From the NCBI GenBank assembly GCA_043228905.1, contig JBHGNT010000014.1:8556001-8620000 (forward strand): a DNA stretch of 64,000 bases. Reading direction: 5' to 3'. This document shows, piece after piece, positions 1-12,700 of this stretch. The notes under the pieces are model-generated. The model was not told the origin of the DNA and ran no database searches. It was given only the letters and a program-made list of their open reading frames with translations. How positions within the stretch are numbered: the first letter of the stretch is position 1; every line of letters starts with the position of its first letter. Source of the DNA: Azolla caroliniana. Taxonomy: Eukaryota; Plantae; Polypodiophyta. The translations under genes and the position numbers were made by a program.

Positions 1-977
1 GAACAAATGATACTTTGACCATTAAAAGGTGAGACCATCGAAAGCCAAGAAATAAACGAGAACGAAACATTATCTTATTTTATTGTCATGTTTAGGCTTA
101 TTTTTATGGTTCTTTCTTTTGTTGGTGATTCGCCACATTTCTATCTTTTGTCACATTTCCATTTGATGCCTTGTAGGTGAAATTATCATAACCATTGGAA
201 ATCACAATCATATATATAGTTTCTTGTTGTATAATCAATAAAATACTTCATATATTTATTTAGAGAGAGAGATGTAAATCGATTGTTTGGTTGTTTGATG
301 TAGACCGGAGAACATCAATTATGGTGGTTTGCAATTTGAAAAGGTATAACATCATGATAAAAAAAACATGCACTATATGTACATACGTAACATCAAAACA
401 AAAACAGTTACCAAATGGCCATGTACTTCTTAGATAGGAATAATGAAGTGGGCAATAGCATTTTGAATAAGAGGTTGAAGTGTTGTCCCAAATTTTTGTA
501 GCATCTATGGTAGCAAACCCATGCACTATAGATAACATACAAAAGCATTTTAACAATTCAACAGAAACCAATAGCAAGAGTACCATGGGTGAAGCTATGA
601 ATAATAAAAAGGATGCAAGAGAGGATATTCATGGATTTGCTCAAGATTTAAACATTACTTGTGAGGCCAAAGTGAAACATTTTCATGTTAGGATGTGAGG
701 AGTCGACGAATGATTCTTAATGTTCATAAGGGTTTTTGCAAATGAACCTCCAATGGAGAGCCACATTGTCATTCAAGGAGAAATGTATGTATGGATAAGT
801 TGAAAATATGGGGAAAACAAGCACAAATTTTTATCAAAAGATGGAGCAGTGTCATAGAATGTGATATTCAACTAGCAAACTTGCTCAATGACAAAATATA
901 CATGATCTACATTAATGCTCTGTCTCATATTGGAAAGAGCATAAGTTTAGTTGTATAGAAACAAGTCATGGGCAAAC

Positions 978-2165
978 ATTATTATTATTATTATTATTAT
1001 TATTATCCAAAAAAAACTCTTTCCATTAGTTATAAAGATTTTACAGATGAGATTATTATATACAAATCCCTATAGAGACACGATAGGTCCATCTTATGTG
1101 GATGCCCACTGCCTCAAGAAAGGGAGAGGACGACCATTGTTGGATAAAGGCTAGTCGTTGTCTTTCAACTCTATCGGAGTCGCCCTTGAGGCCATCATAT
1201 TGGCTCTTTAGAGTCGCTACAGCTTCACTCCATATCTCTTGCATTAACATTATTGGTTGCGTGCTTTGGTTGGAGAAGACTTGTCTACACCGTTGTTTCC
1301 ATAGAATCCAAAGAGTTATTGGGATGACCAAGTCCAACACAACTTGAGATTTGGCACTAATAGGAGTTGAGTGGATATTGCCGATGGTGGAGAAAAAAAT
1401 CTCTTATGTTTTTATAACCAAAGTCATCCCCTCTTCCTGATGCTCATAACTGTCAATTGGGGCCTGCCATGATAGCCAACATACATTCCCCTTCTTGATT
1501 GAGCCTTGCACCTGGCATAATCGCAATAAGCAGCCAACCCCCCACCATATTCGATGGGACTCTGGGCAGTCCCATAGAACCCGTCGTATGGATTCTAATA
1601 CAGTTGGACACGCTACACAATTAGGAGAGTTGAGGTTTCCACACTGCCATGCACCAACCGGTAGTGACTTATGTATTAATAGCCATTGGAAAGTGGTGAT
1701 TTGCCTCACGTGTTGTTGTTTCCAGAGTTTTTGCTAAAGCTTGGTGATAATTGTGTAAGGAACATGATATGTGTGCCAAACCTTTGCAGCAGCTGGCTCT
1801 TGGGCGGATTGAGTGGCTATAATATGGCGACCCAATCTAGTTGTGAATTGAAAGAAAGGGATAGGTTTGCTTCCTTGCCCCGCGTAATGATCACACCATG
1901 TTCATTGCAAAGGGTCCCAACTGACCTTACGTAGCCATGTGTTTTCATGAGTACATATGTGCCAATCATGTTGTACTTTGATCAGATCAGGATCTACAAT
2001 CCATTTATGCCCAGTATATGCTAGTACTCGAATTGCCTTATGCTGTGATGATGTCTCGTTGCCCTGCAATTCAGAGCCTTCGATCCTGTTCGGTGTGTCC
2101 CTACCTCTTGGGATCAAAGAGCCCTCCTCCTTGTAGCCTATCCATTTCTCCGTTGTCGTCCACAA
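978..2165 (-). mobile_element. 5'-truncated LINE (L1-like) 3' fragment with zf-RVT region and (TAA)n tail
   Basis: Broken minus-strand ORFs give FQWLLIHKSLPVG...CVACPTVLESIRRVLWDCPES..IW and LWILWKQRCRQVFSN, typical of the zf-RVT/C-terminus of plant L1 ORF2. An (ATT)n run at 978-1006 lies at the 3' end. No clear TSD. Confidence 0.75.
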
Positions 2166-3227
2166 TGAATTAATGTTTGGTGCAATATATATGTGTGAGG
2201 TCTAAACTTCCACATTTCTCTAGTTGTGAAACAATGACATTCCAAAAAAGCGTCACTCACAAAAGTTTTTGTTTAGGAATCATTAAATAAACACAATGAA
2301 TCCATATGTTGTGTTTATAAAAATAAAAATAAACTCACTATGTTGCTTTTCATGGGTCTTCTTGATTTTACTTGCTTGCTTTCCATGCTATTTGAGGAAG
2401 TTGATGTTAGGTTTTTTTAAAAATACGTTAAGCATGTGTACCCCCATACAACCCTCTCCAAGTCCATGATCTAAATGTGAAGTGATCCATTCTTGACAAA
2501 GTAGGAGCATGCATGGTGTTTGTATCTTGACATAAGCAACTTCATAAAAAAGAATGCAATTAAATTAAACATTTTCAAAGTCTTTCCAAATGGATTTGGC
2601 CCTCCATACCATCACCAAATTTGGTACTTGAACACTTTTAAGTATTCCATTCCATCAAAGACTTGGTCCTTTCTAACCTTTTCGATCGGGAGGCTTCCAT
2701 ACTAATAATGACCTCTAACCTTTTCAAATTTTAATAAGATGTTACCTACTAGGTCCATGGAAAGCTAGCATGTGATAACATTGCAAAGCATAGGATGCAC
2801 AAAAGGCATCAATTGATTGTCCTTCAAACTTTCCAATCAAGGTTTTTTCTTAGATTCCACACAAGTGGGTATGTACCTACCCCAATCCTTATATGGTTAC
2901 CAATGTATGGAACACATATTTAAAAGGCACCCAACATTTTATTCCTCCTCCATTTTGATATGATCTTGAATGTCTTCCTTTTCCAACTTTCAAGCGGCAA
3001 GTAGCACATTGGTCACGGTTAGAAGGAGGCACAGACAACATTGATGAAGGTAAAAGCCATGGATGGAATAAAAAGCTTGGGCCAACAACAAGAAACAACA
3101 ACCAATTTTGTGGGGTTTGAGGGTATGTAATTACAATGGTGGTCGTGAGAACATATACAAATGTACATATAAATATTGTGTGTGTTTGTTTTGGTTGAGT
3201 AGCATCTAAAATCTACATAGATGATTA

Positions 3228-3416
3228 GATAGATAGATAGATAGATAGGAAGGAGAGTATTTATTCTAATTGTCGTGGGAGGGAATATGTACATACATAC
3301 ATACATACATACATACATACATACATACAATATGTATATACATGTATGTATGTATGTATATACAACACTGTACACATGTGATGTTCTCTCTGTCTCTGTC
3401 TCTGTGTGTGTGTGTG
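3228..3416. repeat. Compound microsatellite (GATA)n/(TACA)n/(TG)n upstream of the TOM1-like gene
   Basis: Directly visible simple repeats. Confidence 0.85.
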
Positions 3417-3710
3417 CGTTGTGTTGGTCTCACTGGAGACAGAGATGGGCCCCAAGTCCATCCAAAAATGGAAGAAACTCTACGACTAGGAGAGAGAAAG
3501 AGTAAAAATATTTGATGTATTGGCCTGGCCACCTTCACTACTTCCTCCTCCTTCAGATCTGTGGGAGAGAGAATTCTGTGTTTCTTCCTGTTTTCTGTGA
3601 CCTAGTTTAGTAGGGTAGTTGTAGTTTGAAGATCAGATAAGAGGAAGGAAAACAATTCGGGAAAGGATTTGGTTTGGTTTGGTTTTATGTTTGTTGTGGG
3701 GGGTTTGTTT

Positions 3711-6700
3711 ATGGATCGAGAATCGCATCTGATTGCCCAAGGAGTGGATAGTTGCAGTAACGGCTTTGCCACGATCTCAATCATCGCCGTCTATGCCACA
3801 TTGTCTCTCATTGATCTCTTCATCGTCTCTGTCGCCATCGTCCAGGTATTTCCTTCCCTCTTCCTTCCCTCTTATCTCAGTAGTTGCAATGCTTATTTAT
3901 TAGACTATTGTGTGTGTGTGTGTGTCTCTCTCTCTCTCTCTCACCTCCGTTTCTTGTAGTTTCTTTCTTTTCTCAGTACAGTAGCTGTATCGCTTGTTAA
4001 AATTTTGTTTTACCATGTCGTCTCTTAATATTGTCTGAATGTTTCCTTTGTCATCACTGTAAATTCGTTGCAATGACTTTTGTTTTTTCATGCGTTTTCT
4101 TTTTTTCTTTCCGTAAATGAAACCTAGCTGCAAGTAAGTAGGGTTCATACATCCCTACCCCCCTACCAAAGAGGAAATCAAAGAAAAACGCAAACATGAA
4201 ACAAAATGAGGTCTTTCTCCAGGCTTTTTGTACCAAGCGCAAGCAGAGATGTCCTTATTGGGATGTGTAATTGAACATCATCAAAATTTAATGCTCTATT
4301 GAGTCCCAATGGAGAAAAACTGATGTTAGGCTAAGTTGTAGCCTCACTAGCACATACAGATGCATGTGTGTGATGCATGCACACACGCATCTATGTGTCT
4401 GTAATTGTATGTATATTTTGCATATATGCTATGCTGTCTTGGTCAAGAATCCTCTTCTGTAGTCCTAGATTGGCTTGTAGCATGAGGAGTCACGTGGCTA
4501 AAGAAAGTTGTGATTGTCCTCTATCGATGACCTGTTGTGGGTATGTGTGTGGCAAGCATCGAGACACACACATTGATCGGAAACTCTATTTCATATGCTT
4601 GCATGACGTTACTAAAACCACCATGTATGTTGGAAGAACATAACGTCAATCAAATCTTCAAATTCCAAATCTATCATTGGAATGTCATGAACCTCTTTTG
4701 CGATGTTGGGATCACCCTATTCTAGTATAGGACTCACGTGAGAGCAACGATCCAAAATAGCATGTTTTGTTTGCCTTTTTTCCTCCTTGTTTGTGACCTC
4801 CCCGTGATTATTGTAATTAGTTCTTCAAATAGACAAGCAATGGGGGAGATTACTAAATACATGCTTTCTGCGATTAAAAAACCCCAGTAATCAGTGGGAG
4901 AAAGACTGGGTTCTAGCACGTATTCAAGGGGTTCTCATCCTTCTCTTAGGTTCTCTTGCATAAGAATTATTTTCTTGTAATTGGTAATAGATTCTTCTTG
5001 TGATCATTTTAGATTCTCAGGGTGTGAAGACCATCTTGTACAAGAATGTACGTAGTATACAGATTGTTTTTGAAGCATACAGTAGATCATTCAAAAATCA
5101 AATGTAAGATTTACGTAGATGGGTATATGCATAGTACGTAAAATTCGTGTTCGTCTAGCATAACATTCGTTTTCCTACGTTGGAAAACGAATGCGAATGT
5201 TATTCAAACATTCTTGTGTTTTTTTCCCCTTTTTTTAAGGTTTCTCTTTTGTTTTTTTCCGTTTTTTAGGTTTATTTATCTCATAATAAATAGTTAATCC
5301 AAAATTATGGTATTTACCATTCTTTGAGGGTGTTTACCATACTCGAATGATGGAAACATTCGTGAATGTGAATGCACGTATGGTACGTTTGGTTCATACT
5401 ATGGGTATATGTCTTCATTAGCTTAACCTCTTTCCACTCATTCTACCCTCTCTATTCCGGATCATGATATTCTTGTTCACATTCTTATTTCCATGCCCCT
5501 TTTTTCATGTTCGTTTCTTTGTGACTATGCGCAAACTTGATTCAAATTAGTTTCTTATTATGATTCAAGCGAAAGAAAAGAACTTTGGGATTAGTTTTTA
5601 CGTGTGCTTATTTTCATACATATACTAACAAACTGGGAATATTTTGTCCATATATAGCTCCAAACTTCTGACATTGCACGAATTATTGACAAAATCAATC
5701 AATCAAAGAAAAATAGCCCTCATGAGTTATGAAATTTGTCATTGCAAACACTGATAAATGTGAACTTGCTGCATCTGAAACTGATTTGTAGCATTTATTG
5801 CAGCTATCAAGGCTTTATCTACGAACTCAGTATAGGATTTGCAACCGGCAAAAGGTATTGAATCCTAAAGCTTATTGACAACACTGAAGAATTTTAATAT
5901 TATTGTCATGTATATTGGTATTGTCAAGCCTTTATCTCAGAGATGTGTATCTTATTAAAAATGATGTAAATTCTTCCGTAAAGGATATTCTGCGCCTTCT
6001 TCAATTGTTTGATGTGAACTTCACAATACACATAAATACTCATGAAATGTAATGGTGTGGACAAAGATCATCAATACTTGGGATATGTGATGGATAATCC
6101 TGTGCTATTACTTGATGAATGACCCTTAGCCAGTTTGTTATTTTCAATGTCTATGATTTGAACTATACAAATTGAACGGTTGTATATTATTTCAGGTTTT
6201 CCATTGTCTTATTGGAGCATCAAATCTTGGTGCGTCATGTGTTTTTATGCTAGGAACGAAGTAGTTCAAATATTTTTTAAGCTCTTAGCATACCGTTTTG
6301 CTATGCAGGTTACCTTGCATATTTTGTGCTAACGCCCATTGCAAAGTGTTACGGATGGTCGTGCTGGTCATATGCATGTGGATTTGCAGTTATGGGTATG
6401 AGAGACAACCTTTCTTTCTGCTTTTTGAATTTCTTTTCATCTGCCAGCCTGTGGATAGAAGAAGATAGAAATATTGAGAATCGATTAGATAGGTATATAG
6501 AGTTACAACTACAGAGATGGGATATATGAAAACAAAACTTCTATTACATATGAGAGTAGCTCACAATGGTAGTTTTCCCATGCACTCCCACCTTAGAGCT
6601 TAGATAGGATATGGACCAGCTCACTACAAAATGGGGACTAACGATCAACCCAGCCACTGTGTAAGAGAGTGGATTATATTCTTTATTTGGTCTGAGTGTA

Positions 6701-9700
6701 ACATTAAATGTGGAAGTCAGTTGATAGTAGTGGAGATATTCCTTTTCTGTCAACTGACTTGTCATTTAATATGACCAACTCCCTAGGTACAGGCTAGTGC
6801 TAGACAGTACTTATCTTGAAGTCAATGACACATACTTCAAGACTAAGTACATCGTAACTTGCCCACAAAATATTCTAGTTGACTTGATTAGCCAATCCTA
6901 TTACCTATTTCTCTCTTTCGTAAATACATTGTGTCCTACGCATCTAAGGTTTCTTAGATTAATCCATATCGACCCATATGGTCGAGTTGCACACTAGCCG
7001 CTCCTCATTTGGGGCGCTATCACAAAATGTGCACTCTAAGAGCACATATGGGGATAGATTTACAACTTGGGGCTGATCATTGATTATATCTATCAAAAGG
7101 AATAAATGTGTACATACATTTTTTCCTTTTTCTTTTCATGGATCATCTTGTAACCCTGCTGGTCTTGTGATTACCTCCAATGGAGTAACAATGATGGGGT
7201 CAAGATCAAAGCAGAAATACTCTGATTAGGAGGTAGATTTATAAACCAATGGATTATCCAAACTTAATTGAGGTAGATGCCATTAATAAAGCTGTATAGA
7301 TAAATATGTAATGTACTGAGAAATGGGCGACCCGTACTAACCTTGCTTGAATGATGGAAAAAGCAATGGGTCTATCCTTCCAACATATAACATTTGCCAA
7401 TAGCGTATGCTTGTGGGCCCAGGCCAGGGTTTCAATAAGCTTTTGCCAGTATCTACACCTTGAAATCAAGAACATTATCCAGTGCTTTTCTGTTTCTCCA
7501 CATAGAGCGGGATGTAATCCTCCAATCCTTTCTGTTAGATACCCTTTTAGAACTGAATATTAAAATTATATTAAATCGATCAGTTGTTTGAACCTACTCT
7601 CGAGTTGGAGTTTTCTTGCAGGACTTATGCCGCTTAAACATACCTACCAATCTAAATACCTGGAAGATGCTCCCTGGATCTATGTCCCATTTGCATTTCA
7701 AATAGAAATGAGATATAAATTATCTATGTGCCACTGTGACGTGAGTAGATGACTCCAATATGTGGGGATTAACGACAAACCAGTTGTCACACATAAACCA
7801 GGCTAGAATTTTGTGCTAAAGAATAGAATTGGTTGGATAAGCTGTATGGCTACCAATTTTGTTGATGATATCCCCAAGGGTAAACCTTGGGTTAGTCTTT
7901 TAAGAGTAAGTTTGCAGTGACTTAACTCAGAATGTGGAAAAGTGGTTCCTGGTTTGGGAACTACCCCTCTAATGGGAGTCTTCATGGCCTTATTTGCTGT
8001 GTTCTTAGTTATGATTTTGGAAATTTATAGGTCACCATTCTTCATTGCTGCAATAACTGGGGGTTAGTCATTGATTCTGTCTTCATTTTTATTTCTAGCT
8101 CTCAGACCAATTCAACATTTTCAAATTAATTGTCCATTACTTACCACACTTTTGATTATTGGAAAGATATGTCTAAAATCACCAACTCCATGATGGAAGT
8201 AATAAAATAAAATAGAAATAGAAGATGGATGGTCATCTCTAGTGTTTGCCGTATGCTTGACGGAATGTTATTCCCAGAGGGTAGATGCAGCATTCTTAAA
8301 AATCCTGGTGTTGAGTTGCAGTCACTATTAGCGATGGGCACGGTTTGGTTCCGTTTCAAGGCAAAGAAACTGAACCGAACTGAAACCGAACCGTTTATAT
8401 AAAACCAAACCAAACCAAACCGTTTATGAACTCTCAAGTATTTAAACCAAACCATTTTATGAAAAAGTAAACCAAACCATTTTATGAAAAAGTAAACCAA
8501 ACCATTTAAACCCAAACTGTTTAGGGAAAAGTTGAAACCAAACCGAACCATTTATTAAAAAATTTAAACCTAACCATTTAAGTCAAACTAATTTAACATC
8601 TAAATAAATAAAAATACATTAAATTAAATAAGCATTTAAGTTAAATCTATTAAATCAATAAAATAAACTTTAATTGAACCATTAAATTAAATAAACATTC
8701 AAGTTAAATTTAATTGAATCAATAAAAAACCATTAATTAAGCCATTACATTAATAAACTATTAAGGTAAAAAAAAGTTAACCAAAAACCTATAAACCCGA
8801 GTTTTAAAACCGAACTGAACCGAAATCAAACCGTTTATCGAAAATCCAAACCAAACCAAACCATTAAATATTTTTGGAACCAATATACCGTTAAACCAGG
8901 GCTTAATGGTTCGGTTCGGTTTGAGCTGAAACCGTGCCCATTGCTAGTCACTATTCATGATGTGCTAGGAATGCATGGTGATTATCTGAACCGAAACCGA
9001 ACCGTTTATAGAAAATCCAAACCAAACCAAACCATTAAATATTTTTGGAACCAATATACCATTAAACCATGGCTTAATGGTTCGGTTCGGTTTGAGCCGA
9101 AACCGTGCCCATTGCTAGTCACTATTCAGGATGTGCTAGGAATGCATGGTGATTATTTTCGAAAGCACATAAGAATGAAAATAATAAAATAAAATGAATT
9201 CCAAGAAAAGAAAGTTTCCACACATGCAAGAGTTCAGCAAATGGACGCAATTGTATGTTGACAAGATGAAAATACATGAATCAAATGAATATAGACTTCT
9301 TCTTACCAATTTGAATGGAAGGTTTACCTCAATTTAAATGACCTAAATTGAATAATGAAAGGAATATTTGTGGAAATGTTCAATGATGGTTTGACTGACT
9401 TATTTGTATTATATAAGTTGCGAATTTATGTTTTCTAATTGTATATTTTCGGTGACTATTGCAGCTGTTCCACAGATAATATTTTTGGCTTCATTTCTGC
9501 TATTGTTATCATTCTGGTACTGCTTCAGCCTGTTATTATCAAACTTCTCAACTTTAACAAGATTTTTTGATCAATTTCGAAAAACCTTTGAATGCAAGTA
9601 GCATTAATTAATGGTCACCTGTCTGTCATGTATATGAATCTTATTTCATGAGATTACTTGATTCCCTTTGTATTGTCCATGGATGATGCAGCCCCTAGGA

Positions 9701-12700
9701 AGATTTGTGCTTAGCTAAGAGAAAGATTTTGTACAAAAAAAGAAAGCAAAATGCAAACTATGACCACTGTCATAAATTTATGAATATATAAAAAAAATAT
9801 GACCACTTCTAGGTCTACATAATAATATATATAAAAAATTTTGGTCTTTGATATAGGTTTAAATAATATAATGATAAAAATAAGTATCATCTAGCTCAAT
9901 CCATTAGGTATTGTGGGGTCCATGGGTTGAAGTTAGGATTCATCTCAATATTAAAACAAATATACTTTGGCACATAATCTATAATTTGCCTTCACAGCTA
10001 TCTGATACTACTCATTTAAATTTGCAGTCACACACAGTAATTATTCCTTTTGTAGTAAGTTGCTAGTTTTTGTTTCTTTTCCTCCTAAAGAGTATTTGGC
10101 ACTTCTATTTCCCTTTGTTATCTTTATAAAACTATTCTTTAGGAAATGCCTGTACATTCATTTCATTTGAAAATATGTTTTAGGTTGGATCTATGTCACC
10201 AAGCAACTGACAAATATGAGGACGAAGAAGAAGAAGAAGAAGAAGAAGAAAATAATAATGATGGTGATTATGTTCTTCTTCCAGCCTTGAACCGACCAGA
10301 CACTAGGAAACAATCAAATGCTATTAGTCGAAAATGTTGCCCATGTTGGCGATTTCCTCGGATACGCAGCCGGCAAAAGTTTGTTATTGGGGTAGGTGTT
10401 TTGCTTTCAGGCTACTTTGAGGTTTATTCTCTCCACATTGAGCGTGTATATTCGTGCTCTTGGATTGAACATATTCATGCATGCATGGATAGCTTAAAAT
10501 TCAGGATAGAGTTGTACATGTTTGCCATTTTGGTTGCTGTGCAGCTATTGCATGTGTTTCTAATCACTATTCTAATAGATTATTATCTTATGACTTTCTA
10601 GGCTTCCAACTAGGTAGGTTTTTATTATGTCAGTATTCACTAATGGAAACTGATTATTTTGAACCTTCATACATTTATTACTCTATAACAGGGTTTGGAT
10701 TCCGTTTGTGCGCTTACTCAGAACAGATGATAAAATACAGTGTTATGGGTAAAACATTATCTGGGGATGGGGTTTTTCTGAAAACAAGTGTGCACGTATA
10801 TCTTATTAGCTAGATCTGTAGGATCAAGCATAATGATAATGACTAAGAAACAGGAAAACAGGTAATTTTGCTATAAAAAGACTGCAAAATAAAACCTGAA
10901 ATTTAGGTATAATTATAGAAAACAAGATAAAATAAATTGTATTACCGATTATAGTAAAAGATATATAATATTTGTTCATCTAGCAATGACCATGATGATG
11001 GGATCATGGTCATGGTGGATGTGGCCTATGTACACAACAAGAGTTGGGAACAAGACTCTACATGTGCAGCCTTTGATTAACTTGTAGCAAGAGAACATTG
11101 TGGCGTTTCTTTGTGATGAACTGTTGTTTGTTATATTGTCATTATTCTTTATAGCTCATAAGTTCTAGCAAGAATAGTCCCATTCAATTACCTTGCATAG
11201 TAGGTCAAATCCTTCTTTGAAAAGAGGCATTGATATCTCTAGTTTATCTAATTAAAAACAACAAAACAGCAAACATAGTGTTGATTGTTAGAAATATTGA
11301 GAATCGATTAGATAGGTATATAGAGTTACAATCACAGAGATGGATATATGAAAACAAAACTTCTATTACATATGAGAGTAGCTCACAATGGTAGTTCACC
11401 CATGTGGTCACACCTTAGAGCTTAGATGGGAAGTGGACCACCTCACTACAAAATTAGTGGGGAGTCGGGACTAATGATCAACCCAGCCATTGTGTAAGAG
11501 GGTGGATTATATTCTTTATTTGGTCTGAGTGTAACATTAAATGTGGAACTCAGTTGATAGTAGTGGAGATATTCCTTTTTTGTCAAGTCACTTGTCATTT
11601 AATATGACCCAACTCCCTAGATACAAGCTAGTTCTAGATAGTACTTATCTTAAAGTCAATGGCACATACTTCAAGACTAAGTACATCGTAACTTGCCCAC
11701 AAAATATTCTTCTAGTTGACTTGATTAGCCAATCCTATTAGCCTACTTCGCTCTTTCCTAAATACATTGTGTCCTACTCATCTATGGTTTCCTAGATTGA
11801 CACCTTATCGACCCATATGGTCGAGTTGCACAATAGCTACTTCTCATTTGGGGTGCTATCACAAAATGTGCACTCTATATGGGGATAAATTGACAACTTG
11901 GGGTTGATCATTGATTATATCTGACATTAATGGCCTTTATTTGTGTACAAGGGAGACATGATCCAAATGGACGTGGGCTATGCCCATGACCAATTGCTAT
12001 GGCCTGATCTTTTGTAACCCCTTTGGAATGTTGTTGTCGAAACCCTACGTATGTAGCCCTTGATTAACTGGTAGCATGAGTGATGGAGGTAAAGAAAGTT
12101 AAGATAGTTTTTTTGTTGATGAGCTATTGTGGTTGTATTGTTGTCCAACAACTTCTTTTTGTGTCTATTGAGTTGTAGAAAAAACAGTCCCAATCATCTA
12201 GAAAGAAAAAACATATGATATGGGTCAGGGATTTGCAGAACGTGTCACAAAGGAGACATTTTTTGTTTTAACATTAAAATCATTAATTATATGTCAAAAT
12301 GTGGAACCATTTTCCAGTTTCAGATGGGCTGGGATGCACTTCATCAATGCTGTTTATGTTAGCTCCATGAACGTATGAGGTTTCAGAAAAAAAAATCATG
12401 TTTGCTTATGTAATATGTATGGAAAGTACTTGTAAAAAACTATTCTTGTTACTTGAAACTTTCTTACAACTTAACATTAGCTTCATATTGACATCCTTTG
12501 TAAGACTATTGCTATATGTTTTCTAATTGGCAATTGTTTTTTTACGATAGGTTATTATACTTATATGCATATTGACAGTAGTTTTTGCTGTCTTAATCTG
12601 GATTGGTATGGAAGATGGAAGCTCTATCAATTCAGCCACACTTGCTCAGGTTCCCATTTTCCTTGAAAAGATTCTCGAGATTACTTTAAACATCTCCAAA

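Noticed and set aside
1-950. Short ORFs at the window start
   Set aside because: No recognisable domain; possibly decayed TE but unsupported.
3019-3538. Several overlapping ORFs rich in YVCM/HTYI
   Set aside because: They are translations of (TACA)n/(TG)n microsatellites, not genes.
7250-8050. Possible very old LINE RT remnant in intron 4
   Set aside because: Only faint motif resemblance (FRYL-like); boundaries cannot be supported.
8156-9192. ORFs of 131 and 83 aa with FGLVWF/KPNQT repeats
   Set aside because: By-products of MITE subterminal repeats.
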